A program made the position numbers and the translations under genes. Source: Synechococcus sp. A15-24 (GTDB lineage Bacteria > Cyanobacteriota > Cyanobacteriia > PCC-6307 > Cyanobiaceae). Taken from it: a DNA stretch of 32,000 bases. Below the pieces are notes generated by a model. The model was not told where the DNA came from. It worked only from the letters and a program-made list of their open reading frames with translations, and did no database searches. Numbering within the stretch: the stretch's first letter is position 1; each line of letters begins with the position of its first letter. The stretch spans positions 990,001 through 1,022,000 of the forward strand of contig NZ_CP047960.1 of the NCBI RefSeq assembly GCF_014280195.1, read 5' to 3'. Shown here piece by piece: positions 17,881-26,924 of the stretch.

Positions 17881-18675
17881 TTGGCACCCGCCCTTACGAT
17901 CGAAACAACACGCATCAGCCCAGTGGCCCGGGCCTCCTCCGCGCGACGCCATCCAAGCGGAGACATTCCCGTTGCCCGTCGGGCCGGAGCAGCCCGGCAG
18001 CGCCGTCGTGGATCGGGTCCCGTTGTCGGTCTGGCCGCTGTTGTGGCGGTGGTTGCCGGCGGTGCAACGGTGCTGTTGGGGACCAACCGCACAGCACCGG
18101 TGCAACCGGCGCAGTCGTTGGAAATTGAGGGGTTCCGGCAGCGTCCAGACGAGGACGGGCGATTGCTGGGGCATTTCCCCTACGAAGAAGTTCCCCCTGA
18201 TCAGCGCGTCAGCTTCGAGCCCGGCATTGAGCTTCACGTGGATGCAGCGAATGCTCTGGACGCGATGATGCAGGCCGGCCTGACTGATGGTGTCGATCTC
18301 CGTCTCTTAAGCGGTTATCGCTCCCTGTCATTGCAGGAGTCGATCTTTTTCGACATCGCGTCGGAACGGAACCAGTCGGCGGAGGAACGGGCGCAGGTGT
18401 CGGCACCACCGGGGTACTCCGAGCACAGCACGGGCTATGCGGTCGATCTTGGTGATGGAGAGGCACCCGAGACCAACCTTTCCCAGAGCTTTGAGCAGAC
18501 CAGAGCTTTTCGCTGGCTTCAGGACAACGCTGCACGCTACCACTTCATTCTTTCCTTTCCCAGGGGGAATCAACAGGGGGTGATGTATGAGCCCTGGCAT
18601 TGGCGCTTTCAAGGCACGGCCGCGGCATTGCGTCAGTTTGAGGCAGCCCGACGCTTCACCTCTCGACGCCTTTGA
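17881..18675 (+). CDS. D-alanyl-D-alanine carboxypeptidase-like zinc peptidase, M15B (VanY-like), with an N-terminal membrane anchor or signal
   Basis: The motifs PGYSEHSTGYAVDL (SxHxxGxAxD) and YEPWHWRF (ExxH) match the VanY/M15B family. The N-terminus has an Arg-rich stretch followed by a hydrophobic segment (RQRRRGSGPVVGLAAVVAVVAGGATVLLG). The start is uncertain (TTG 17881 or GTG 17923). Confidence 0.8.
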   Translation: MAPALTIETTRISPVARASSARRHPSGDIPVARRAGAARQRRRGSGPVVGLAAVVAVVAGGATVLLGTNRTAPVQPAQSLEIEGFRQRPDEDGRLLGHFPYEEVPPDQRVSFEPGIELHVDAANALDAMMQAGLTDGVDLRLLSGYRSLSLQESIFFDIASERNQSAEERAQVSAPPGYSEHSTGYAVDLGDGEAPETNLSQSFEQTRAFRWLQDNAARYHFILSFPRGNQQGVMYEPWHWRFQGTAAALRQFEAARRFTSRRL

Positions 18676-21188
18676 CCATTCCTGAGCTGCTCTCCCCAGC
18701 CGGTGACTGGGACTGCCTCAAGGCCGCCGTCGCCAACGGTGCCGATGCTGTTTATTTCGGTGTCGATGCCTTCAATGCCCGCCAGCGGGCTGAGAACTTC
18801 CGCATCGAAGAACTGGTGGAGGTGATGACCTGGCTGCATGAGCGCCAGGTGCGGGGGTTCCTCACCTTCAACGTGCTCGTGTTCAGCGATGAGCTGGAAC
18901 GCGCTGCTGCGTTGCTGCTTGCGGCGCAGGCCGCCGGGGTGGATGCGCTGATCGTTCAGGACGTGGGTCTTTGTTGTCTGGCTCGAACCCTGGTGCCGGA
19001 TCTTGCGCTGCATGGCTCCACGCAGATGTCGATCACCAGTGCCGCTGGAGTGGCGCAGGCGGCCGCATTGGGCTGTGAACGGGTCGTTTTGGCCCGGGAA
19101 CTCGCGCTGACGGATCTTGAGCGCTTGCAGGGGCAGTTGCAGGCCAGGCATCTGGCCATGCCCCTTGAAGTCTTCGTTCACGGTGCTTTGTGTGTGGCTT
19201 ATTCCGGTCAGTGCCTGACCAGTGAGTCCCTGGGGCAGCGCAGTGCCAACCGCGGTGAATGTGCCCAGGCCTGCCGGCTCCCCTATGAATTGATCGTCGA
19301 TGGCGTTCCCCGACCCCTAGGTGATCAGCGCTACCTGCTGTCGCCTCAGGACCTTTCGGCCTGGCCTGTGCTGCCCGAGCTGCAGCGGATCGGCATCGCC
19401 AGCCTCAAGATCGAAGGGCGTCTGAAGGACCCGTCCTACGTGGCGGCCGTCACGGATGCCTACCGCCGTGGCCTCGATCGGAGCCTCAACCCCGCTGAAC
19501 AGGACGACCCCCAGCGCCAGTTGGAGCTTGCTTTTTCACGGGGGTTATCCACCGGATGGTTGCAAGGGATGAACCACCGCCGCCTGGTCCACGGCCGTTG
19601 GAGCAAGAAGCGCGGTCCATTGGTGGGGCAGCTCTTGCAGGTGGATCGCAGTGGCTGGCTGCAGATCCGCAGCAGGGAGTCCTTGCGACCTGGTCAGGGC
19701 TTGGTGTTGGAACGACGGTCCACATCGCCTCTTCAGCCTCCGGAGGAGGTCGGGGGACGGGTGATGGTGGTGGAACGGCTCGGCCGCGAGCGCCTTCGCC
19801 TGAAACTTGGCCCGGGTCGTCTCAACCTCCGCGATCTCACGGCCGGTGCGTCGGTCTGGCTCACCAGTGATCCCTCCTGGGACAGCCACTGGCAGCGGGC
19901 TGCCCAGCGTCCGACTGCCAGCCAATCCATCGGGCTGCAGCTTCGGGTGCGGGGCCGTCTGGAGCAGCCACTGGTGCTGGAAACAATTGAGGGAGGAACG
20001 CGAATCTCCAGCCGCATGCCCTTGCAGGCGGCTCAGCAACGCTCTCTTGATCGCCATCGTCTGGAGGAGCAGCTGGGACGGCTCGGTGGCAGCGGCCGGG
20101 TTCTTGAACGCCTGGAGCTGGACTTGGAAGGAGATCTGTTTCTGCCAGTGGCGGAGCTGAATCGGATGCGCCGGGAGCTGCTGGAGCAGCTTCAGCAGCC
20201 ACCAGCCCTCACGCCATCCCAAGGGCCCCTGCAGAGCTCCGCGGTGGATGTGCCCTCCGTCTTGAGGCAGCTGTTGCCAGAGCCCTCGCCCCAGTCCTCA
20301 ACGGATCAAACCGGACTCGTCGTGCTGGTGCGGAGCCTGGCGCAGCTGGAGGCGCTGATTCCACTCACCAACCTGCCGATTGCGTCCGTGGTGGCCGATC
20401 TGGAGCAGCCCCGCGATCTGCGGGAAGCGGTTGCCATCGGTCGTGGTCATTGGCCCGATGGGATCTGGCTGGCGGGTGCCCGCATCACCCGACCCAATGA
20501 GTCCTGGAGCCTGGAACCGTTGATTCGAGCCCGTCCGGACGGCTACATGGTGCGTAATGCCGATCAATTGGAACGCCTCACCCCCTTGGCTCCCTGCGTC
20601 GGTGACTTTTCTCTGAACACGGCCAACCCCCTCAGCGCTAGCTGGTATCTGGAGCACTGGGGCCTGGAGCGGGTAACGGCGAGCTACGACCTCAACCTGC
20701 AGCAGTTGCTGGATCTGGCCGCTGGCGTGGACCCCTCACGCATCGAGGTGACCCTCCATCAACACATGCCCCTGTTTCACATGGACCACTGCGTGTTCTG
20801 CGCCTTCCTTTCCGATGGGCATGACCACACCGATTGCGGTCGCCCTTGTGAGCAGCACACCGTCAAGCTCAGGGATCGCAGCGGCGTTGAGCATCCATTG
20901 CGGGCTGATCTCGGCTGTCGCAACACCCTGTTCAACGGCACGGCACAAACCGGTGTGGAGGGTCTGCCGGCACTTCTTGAGATCGGCATCCGTCAGGTCC
21001 GCCTCGAGCTGTTGGATGAGGATGCTGCGTCGACGCAGCATCGGGTCAGGCTTTACGCCGATGCGCTTCTGGGCCATCGTGCCTCACGGGACGTGTGGAG
21101 TCAGGAACAGATCCATCACCAACTCGGCGTGACCCGGGGGAGCCTGCGTGTCAAGGGTCCTGAACGCACCAGTCAAATCTCACGTTGA
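18672..21188 (+). CDS. Peptidase U32 family protein (large form, 838 aa)
   Basis: The N-terminus PELLSPAGDWDCLKAAVANGADAVYFG and the block EVFVHGALCVAYSGQCLTSESLGQRSANRGECAQACRLPY are typical of the U32 family. The first in-frame ATG is codon 52, which would delete the conserved N-terminus. The TTG at 18672, overlapping the VanY-like stop (TTGA), is therefore the most likely start. Confidence 0.85.
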   Translation: MTIPELLSPAGDWDCLKAAVANGADAVYFGVDAFNARQRAENFRIEELVEVMTWLHERQVRGFLTFNVLVFSDELERAAALLLAAQAAGVDALIVQDVGLCCLARTLVPDLALHGSTQMSITSAAGVAQAAALGCERVVLARELALTDLERLQGQLQARHLAMPLEVFVHGALCVAYSGQCLTSESLGQRSANRGECAQACRLPYELIVDGVPRPLGDQRYLLSPQDLSAWPVLPELQRIGIASLKIEGRLKDPSYVAAVTDAYRRGLDRSLNPAEQDDPQRQLELAFSRGLSTGWLQGMNHRRLVHGRWSKKRGPLVGQLLQVDRSGWLQIRSRESLRPGQGLVLERRSTSPLQPPEEVGGRVMVVERLGRERLRLKLGPGRLNLRDLTAGASVWLTSDPSWDSHWQRAAQRPTASQSIGLQLRVRGRLEQPLVLETIEGGTRISSRMPLQAAQQRSLDRHRLEEQLGRLGGSGRVLERLELDLEGDLFLPVAELNRMRRELLEQLQQPPALTPSQGPLQSSAVDVPSVLRQLLPEPSPQSSTDQTGLVVLVRSLAQLEALIPLTNLPIASVVADLEQPRDLREAVAIGRGHWPDGIWLAGARITRPNESWSLEPLIRARPDGYMVRNADQLERLTPLAPCVGDFSLNTANPLSASWYLEHWGLERVTASYDLNLQQLLDLAAGVDPSRIEVTLHQHMPLFHMDHCVFCAFLSDGHDHTDCGRPCEQHTVKLRDRSGVEHPLRADLGCRNTLFNGTAQTGVEGLPALLEIGIRQVRLELLDEDAASTQHRVRLYADALLGHRASRDVWSQEQIHHQLGVTRGSLRVKGPERTSQISR

Positions 21189-21246
21189 GATAACCTTTCG
21201 CCCTGCGCCTTTGGGCGTTCTTCACAAATTCAAACGGTCAACCCGC

Positions 21247-23049
21247 ATGAGCGCCCAGCACAAGGCGATTCGCAACATCGCGATCATCGCTCACGTTGAC
21301 CATGGCAAAACGACCCTGGTTGATTCCCTGCTGGCGCAATCAGGCATTTTCCGCGACAACGAAGCGGTGCCCACTTGCGTCATGGACTCCAACGATCTGG
21401 AGCGTGAGCGCGGCATCACCATTTTGTCGAAAAACACGGCTGTCGATTACAACGACACCCGCATCAACATTGTTGACACCCCAGGACACGCTGACTTCGG
21501 CGGGGAAGTGGAGCGGGTGCTCGGAATGGTGGATGGCTGTCTGCTGATTGTCGACGCCAACGAGGGGCCGATGCCCCAGACGCGATTCGTGCTGAAGAAG
21601 GCACTGGAGCAGGGTCTGCGCCCGATCGTGTTCGTCAACAAAATCGACCGTGCTCGGGTGGATCCCGAGACGGCTGTGGACAAGGTGCTTGATCTGTTCA
21701 TCGAGCTCGGCGCCGATGACGACCAGTGCGATTTCCCTTACCTGTTCGGAAGCGGTCTCGGCGGATTCGCCAAGCCGGACATGAAGACGGACAGCGACAA
21801 CATGCAGCCGCTGTTTGACGCGATCCTGCGTCACGTTCCGCCCCCGGTCGGTGATGTGGAGAAGCCGCTGCAGCTTCAGATCACCACCCTTGATTACTCC
21901 GACTTCCTTGGACGCATCATCATCGGCCGTGTTCATAACGGTGTGATCAAGCAGGGCCAGAGTGCTTCGTTGATCAAGGACGACGGCAGCATCAAGCGTG
22001 GCCGCATCAGCAAACTGCTGGGATTCCAAGGCCTGCAGCGGGTTGAGATCGAGGAGGCCAGTGCCGGTGATCTGGTGGCCGTGGCTGGTTTTGACGACGT
22101 CAACATCGGTGAGACCATCGCCTGCCCGGATGAGCCCACCGCTCTGCCGTTGATCAAGGTGGATGAGCCAACCCTGCAGATGACCTTTGTGGTCAACGAC
22201 TCACCCTTCGCCGGAAAGGAGGGCAAGTTCGTGACCAGTCGCCAGGTGCGCGATCGTCTCCAGCGGGAGCTGCTCACTAACGTGGCCCTGCGTGTCGAAG
22301 ACACCGACTCACCAGATCGCTTCGCCGTCAGTGGCCGTGGCGAGCTGCACCTGGGGATCCTGATCGAGACCATGCGCCGCGAGGGCTACGAGTTCCAGGT
22401 GTCGCAGCCACAGGTGATCTTCCGCACCATCGATGGCACTCCCTGCGAACCGGTGGAGACGCTGGTGATGGACGTGCCTGAGGAGGCCGTGGGTGGCTGC
22501 ATCGAAAAACTGGGCACCCGCAAGGGCGAAATGCAGAACATGGAGACCGGCCAGGACGGTCGGACCCAGCTGGAATTCATCGTTCCGTCCCGTGGTCTGA
22601 TCGGCTTCCGAGGTGAGTTCATCCGCACCACCCGCGGCGAAGGGATCATGAGCCATTCCTTCTTCGAATACCGCCCGATGCTGGGCGAGTTCGACACGCG
22701 TCGGAACGGAGTCTTGATTGCCTTCGAGGAAGGCACCGCCACCTTCTACGCCCTTAAGAACGCCGAGGACCGGGGTCAGTTCTTCATCTCGCCAGGCACC
22801 AAGGTGTACAAGGGCATGATCATCGGTGAGAACAACCGCCCGCAGGACCTGGAGATCAACGTCTGCAAGGCCAAGCAGCTCACCAACATGCGTTCCGCCG
22901 GTGCAGAGGAACTCGATACCCTTCAAGCACCAGTGCAGATGACGCTTGAGCGGGCTCTGGAGTACATCGGTCCCGATGAGATGCTCGAGGTGACACCCGA
23001 ATCCATTCGACTGCGCAAGCTGCCGGCCAAGAAGATGGCCAAGCGCTGA
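21247..23049 (+). CDS. typA: Translational GTPase TypA/BipA
   Basis: In-frame ATG at 21247. [19 protein letters not shown] (G1), [14 protein letters not shown] (G3) and NKIDR (G4) are present, together with the BipA-specific C-terminal region. Length is 600 aa. Confidence 0.95.
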   Translation: MSAQHKAIRNIAIIAHVDHGKTTLVDSLLAQSGIFRDNEAVPTCVMDSNDLERERGITILSKNTAVDYNDTRINIVDTPGHADFGGEVERVLGMVDGCLLIVDANEGPMPQTRFVLKKALEQGLRPIVFVNKIDRARVDPETAVDKVLDLFIELGADDDQCDFPYLFGSGLGGFAKPDMKTDSDNMQPLFDAILRHVPPPVGDVEKPLQLQITTLDYSDFLGRIIIGRVHNGVIKQGQSASLIKDDGSIKRGRISKLLGFQGLQRVEIEEASAGDLVAVAGFDDVNIGETIACPDEPTALPLIKVDEPTLQMTFVVNDSPFAGKEGKFVTSRQVRDRLQRELLTNVALRVEDTDSPDRFAVSGRGELHLGILIETMRREGYEFQVSQPQVIFRTIDGTPCEPVETLVMDVPEEAVGGCIEKLGTRKGEMQNMETGQDGRTQLEFIVPSRGLIGFRGEFIRTTRGEGIMSHSFFEYRPMLGEFDTRRNGVLIAFEEGTATFYALKNAEDRGQFFISPGTKVYKGMIIGENNRPQDLEINVCKAKQLTNMRSAGAEELDTLQAPVQMTLERALEYIGPDEMLEVTPESIRLRKLPAKKMAKR

Positions 23050-23405
23050 TGGTTGAAGCGGATCCCCGCTTCCAGGAGGCCATCCGCTTGTTCAATGCGC
23101 AGGAGTGGTACGCCGCCCATGACGTGTTGGAGGAGATCTGGCACGAAACCGCCGATCCGGAACGACGCTGTCTGCAGGGACTTCTGCAGGTGGCCGTCGC
23201 TCAGCTCCACTTGCAGCGGGATAACCAGCGCGGGGCAACGATCCTCTTCGGCGAAGCTCTCGGCCGCTTGCAACGACCTGGCACTCCAGATCTGGGCCTT
23301 GATCTTCTGGCCTTGTGCCACTGCGTTCATAGGCGGCTGGTGCAGCTGCAGCAAGACGGAGATCCCGAGTCCTGCACTGTCCCTGTGCTGAATCCCAGTC
23401 CCTGA
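23049..23405 (+). CDS. DUF309 domain protein
   Basis: 118-aa ORF whose ATG overlaps the typA stop (TGATG at 23047-23051). FQEAIRLFNAQEWYAAHDVLEEIWHE...GLLQVAVAQLHLQRDNQRGA matches the DUF309 helical-hairpin signature as I remember it. Confidence 0.75.
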   Translation: MVEADPRFQEAIRLFNAQEWYAAHDVLEEIWHETADPERRCLQGLLQVAVAQLHLQRDNQRGATILFGEALGRLQRPGTPDLGLDLLALCHCVHRRLVQLQQDGDPESCTVPVLNPSP

Positions 23406-23457
23406 AGCCCCGGTAGTGTCCATCAATTCCTGGTCTCAACGCGAGGTCTACACCGCG

Positions 23458-23868
23458 ATGCGTCGACTCCGATCAGCTCTGCTGGTGCTTCCACTCCTGC
23501 TGGCCACAGCTGCTGTTGAGCCGATTGCTGCAGAGGACAGCCGTGGTGATGGTCTGATCACCATCGAGTCAGACCAACAGTCCGCCGACAACAGCACCGG
23601 TGTCGTGACCGCGAGCGGCAACGTTCGTATTGTGCATGCCAACCGTGGCGTGGTGGCCACAAGCCGTCAGGCGCAGTACTTCACCAAAGAGGAGCGAATC
23701 GTGCTCCGTGGCGATGTTGATGTGGTCCAGAACGACGGTCATGCCCTGCGGGCGGATCAGGTGGTTTACCTGCTGCAGGAGGATCGAGCTGTGGCCATCC
23801 CCGTGGAAGGGGAGCAGGTGTACAGCCAGTGGACCTTGAAGGATCCGTCGCCTGGCACCGAACCATGA
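23458..23868 (+). CDS. LptA/OstA-N-like periplasmic LPS transport protein
   Basis: ATG at 23458 gives a signal peptide (MRRLRSALLVLPLLLATAAVEP). A beta-jellyroll-like repeat pattern follows (ITIESDQQSADNSTGVVTASGNVRIV...VLRGDVDVVQNDGHALRADQVVY), typical of OstA_N/LptA/LptC. The gene lies immediately upstream of lptB with an ATGA overlap. Confidence 0.7.
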   Translation: MRRLRSALLVLPLLLATAAVEPIAAEDSRGDGLITIESDQQSADNSTGVVTASGNVRIVHANRGVVATSRQAQYFTKEERIVLRGDVDVVQNDGHALRADQVVYLLQEDRAVAIPVEGEQVYSQWTLKDPSPGTEP

Positions 23869-24593
23869 GCCTCTCGCTGGACACGGTGTCCATCAGCCTC
23901 GGTGGCCGGCAGTTGGTCAACCAGGTGAGCCTCGATCTGTCGGCCGGTGAGGTGGTCGGTCTGCTGGGGCCCAACGGTGCTGGTAAGACCACTACGTTCA
24001 ATCTGGTGATCGGGTTGCTGCGCCCTGATGCCGGAGTGATCAGCCTGGATGGTCAGGTGGTGTCGACCCTGTCGATGCCGAAACGGGCTCGGCTTGGACT
24101 TGGTTATCTGCCGCAGGAGCCCAGTGTCTTCCGTCAGTTGACGGTTCGCCAGAATCTCGAGATCGCTCTTGACCAGACGGATCTCAGTCCCCAACACCGT
24201 CGTGATCGCCGCGACCAGTTGATCGAGGACTTTCATCTCGTGGCGTTTGTTGACCGCTGCGGATACCAGCTTTCGGGTGGCGAGCGACGCCGCTGTGAAG
24301 TGGCCCGGGCCCTGGCCGTGGGAGCCGAAGGCCCCTGCTACCTGCTCCTGGATGAACCCTTCGCAGGGGTGGACCCCCTTGCGGTGGCTGATCTGCAGGA
24401 TCTGATCCAGGGGCTGCGCTCTCGGGGAATGGGAATCCTGGTCACCGATCACAACGTCCGGGAAACCCTGGCGATCACGGATCGCGCGTACATCCTCAAC
24501 GACGGCGCGATTCTGGCCAGCGGTCAATCCCAGACCGTGGCCGATGACCCTCTGGTGCGCCGCTACTACCTCGGGGAGGCCTTCCAGCTGTGA
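23865..24593 (+). CDS. lptB: LPS export ABC transporter ATP-binding protein
   Basis: In-frame ATG at 23865. It carries Walker A GPNGAGKTTTF, signature LSGGERRRCEVARAL, Walker B LLLDEPFAGVDP and H-loop TDHN. The C-terminal LVRRYYLGE block is typical of LptB. Confidence 0.9.
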   Translation: MSLSLDTVSISLGGRQLVNQVSLDLSAGEVVGLLGPNGAGKTTTFNLVIGLLRPDAGVISLDGQVVSTLSMPKRARLGLGYLPQEPSVFRQLTVRQNLEIALDQTDLSPQHRRDRRDQLIEDFHLVAFVDRCGYQLSGGERRRCEVARALAVGAEGPCYLLLDEPFAGVDPLAVADLQDLIQGLRSRGMGILVTDHNVRETLAITDRAYILNDGAILASGQSQTVADDPLVRRYYLGEAFQL

Positions 24594-25747
24594 TCTCCGC
24601 TCTGAATCGCTGGTGCCGCCGGATTCCTCTGTTGGATCGTTGGCTGGTTGGTGAAATCCTGGCGCCGCTGCTGTTTGCAGTGGCGGCTTTCACGGTGGTG
24701 GGGCTCTCCATCGGTGTGATGTTTGAGCTGGTGCGCCGGCTGGTGGAGGACGGTCTACCGGCCTGGACCGCATTACAGGTGATGCTTCTGAGCCTGCCGC
24801 GGTTCCTGGTGCTGTCCTTTCCGATGGCCACCTTGTTTGCCACCTTGCTGGCGTACAGCAAGCTGACGGCAAACAGTGAACTCACGGCGTTGCGCAGCGT
24901 CGGGGTCAGCACCGTGCGTCTGGTGGTGCCTGCTCTTGTGTTGTCAGCTCTGCTGACGGGCATGACGTTGCTGTTCAACGATGTGATCGTTCCCCAAGCC
25001 AACACCCAGGCCGAGGTGACCCTCCAGAAGGCCCTGGGCCGAGCCCTGGCCACGGAGAAGGGCAAGGACATCATTTATTCGCGCTTCGGCCGGGTGACGG
25101 AACCGGGTTCCGAGCGCAGCGGCCGGGGGCTGAAGCAGTTGTTTTATTCCCGACGTTTCGACAAGGGGGAGATGGTGGATGTGACGGTGCTGGATTTTTC
25201 AAGGGCAGGATTCCGCCAGATGCTGGTGGCAGAGCGGGCTCTCTGGAATGAGGGCGAGGCGAAGTGGGAATTTCGAGACGGTCAGATCCTCACGCTCAAC
25301 CTCAACGGCAGCACCACTCGCGTCGATTTCGATCGGTACCTCTACCCCTTGAGTTCCGGGCCGCTCAAGGTGGCTCGCTTACCCGACGATGCCAACAACA
25401 TGACCATCACCGAGGCGATCGAGGCGGAACGCATCGAAGCGGAAGCCGGCAATCTCAAGGCGGCCCGCAAGCTGCAGGTGCGCATCCAGGAGAAGTTCAC
25501 CTTCCCGATGGCCTGCGTGGTGTTCGGTTTGATCGGAAGCAGTCTCGGCTCTCGGCCAGGTTCGAGAACGAGTCGCAGCCAGGGGTTCGGCATCAGCATC
25601 CTGCTGATCCTGGGTTACTACGCCCTCAGCTTCAGCTTCAGTTCCCTCGGGGTGAAGGGCGTTCTGCCGGCGTTTTTGGCGGCCTGGCTGCCGGTGTTGA
25701 TTTCCCTTGGGGCAGGCACGTTGTTGCTGCGTCAGGCCAGTCGCTGA
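24590..25747 (+). CDS. LptF/LptG family (YjgP/YjgQ) permease
   Basis: 385-aa ORF with a GTG start overlapping the lptB stop (GTGA). LDRWLVGEILAPLLFAVAAFTVV, LPRFLVLSFPMATLFATLLAYSKLTANSELTALRSVGVS, a periplasmic beta-rich insert and C-terminal TM helices match YjgP/YjgQ topology. Confidence 0.85.
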   Translation: MISALNRWCRRIPLLDRWLVGEILAPLLFAVAAFTVVGLSIGVMFELVRRLVEDGLPAWTALQVMLLSLPRFLVLSFPMATLFATLLAYSKLTANSELTALRSVGVSTVRLVVPALVLSALLTGMTLLFNDVIVPQANTQAEVTLQKALGRALATEKGKDIIYSRFGRVTEPGSERSGRGLKQLFYSRRFDKGEMVDVTVLDFSRAGFRQMLVAERALWNEGEAKWEFRDGQILTLNLNGSTTRVDFDRYLYPLSSGPLKVARLPDDANNMTITEAIEAERIEAEAGNLKAARKLQVRIQEKFTFPMACVVFGLIGSSLGSRPGSRTSRSQGFGISILLILGYYALSFSFSSLGVKGVLPAFLAAWLPVLISLGAGTLLLRQASR

Positions 25748-25762
25748 GCTCCCCCGGCAGAA

Positions 25763-26704
25763 TTGATCCCATCAGGACACTTTTCGGTGCAGTCCCTTCC
25801 GTTTGATCTTGTGACCGGCCTCGGGTTCGGGGCTTTTCTGCTGTTGTTGCTGGCCCTGCCGCTGGCGTTCTGGGCCGTTTCCTCCCAGGCACGAACGGGC
25901 ATCGTTCAGCTGCTGGTGGCGCTGGCCAACCTGTTGCTGACAGCCCAGCTGGTGCTGCGCTGGTGGGAATCCGGTCATTTCCCGATCAGCAACCTCTACG
26001 AATCCCTCTGTTTTCTGGCCTGGGCCTGCACCCTCACCCAATTGTTGGTGGAGCGCTCCTGGCCTTCTCCGATCGTGGCAGCAGCCGCCACGCCGATGGG
26101 GTTGGGCTGCATCGCCTTCGCCAGTTTTGCTTTGCCGGATCAGCTGCAAAGCGCCGCACCCTTGGTGCCAGCCCTTCGCTCCAGCTGGCTTGTGATGCAT
26201 GTGAGCGTGATAATGGTGAGCTACGCAGCCTTGCTGGTGGGCTCGTTGCTGTCGTTAGCGGTGCTGCTCACCGACAGGGGTGAGGCCCTCGAGCTGCGCA
26301 GCAGCTCGATCGGCAGTGGTGGGTTCCGGCAATCGATGCGCGTCGGCAGTGATGGCGTGCTGCAGTTGCAATCGATTCGCCTGAGCACAGGGGAGCAGCT
26401 CGACAGCCTCAGCTACCGCACGATCACAGTTGGTTTTCTGATGCTCACCGTTGGCATCGTCAGTGGCGCGGTTTGGGCCAATGAAGCGTGGGGGAGCTAC
26501 TGGAGCTGGGACCCAAAGGAGACCTGGGCTCTGATCTGCTGGTTGGTCTACGCGTCCTATTTACACACCCGTCTCAGCCGCGGCTGGCAAGGGCGTCGTC
26601 CGGCCCTGGTGGCTGTGGCCGGCCTTGTGGTGATAGCAGTTTGCTACATCGGTGTGAACCTTCTCGGCATCGGGCTGCACAGCTACGGCTGGTTTTTAGG
26701 GTGA
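25763..26704 (+). CDS. ccsA: Cytochrome c biogenesis protein CcsA (system II heme handling)
   Basis: Polytopic membrane protein with the tryptophan-rich heme-handling motif [19 protein letters not shown] and flanking conserved histidines. The start is uncertain (TTG 25763 or GTG 25787). Confidence 0.9.
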   Translation: MIPSGHFSVQSLPFDLVTGLGFGAFLLLLLALPLAFWAVSSQARTGIVQLLVALANLLLTAQLVLRWWESGHFPISNLYESLCFLAWACTLTQLLVERSWPSPIVAAAATPMGLGCIAFASFALPDQLQSAAPLVPALRSSWLVMHVSVIMVSYAALLVGSLLSLAVLLTDRGEALELRSSSIGSGGFRQSMRVGSDGVLQLQSIRLSTGEQLDSLSYRTITVGFLMLTVGIVSGAVWANEAWGSYWSWDPKETWALICWLVYASYLHTRLSRGWQGRRPALVAVAGLVVIAVCYIGVNLLGIGLHSYGWFLG

Positions 26705-26871
26705 CGTCGCACTGCGCTGCAGCGCTGTGGTTTTTGCCAAGCGCCGTGGCTGCCGGAGATGCGGTCCGGCCTATCGCCCGGTGGATGTGCGCCTGTCGGT
26801 GACGGCTGTGCTGATCGGCCTGGCGATGGTGATGCTGGTGGCTCTGTTAGCTCTGCTCTGAGGTCTGCATC

Positions 26872-26898
26872 AAAAAAGCCCCGGCTGAGGCCGGGGCT
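26872..26898 (-). terminator. Rho-independent terminator downstream of rpe
   Basis: The plus strand reads AAAAAA-GCCCCGGC-TGAG-GCCGGGGC. On the minus strand this is an 8-bp GC stem followed by a U6 tract, about 27 nt after the rpe stop codon (26925-26927). Confidence 0.75.
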
Positions 26899-26924
26899 GC
26901 GAGAACATCTGTGCTGGGTTCGAC

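Noticed and set aside
11442-18675. The VanX-like and VanY-like genes as a glycopeptide (vancomycin) resistance locus.
   Set aside because: The two genes are 5.7 kb apart and separated by sir, glyS and chlP. There is no vanH, vanA/B-type ligase or vanRS. Both fit ordinary peptidoglycan turnover enzymes.
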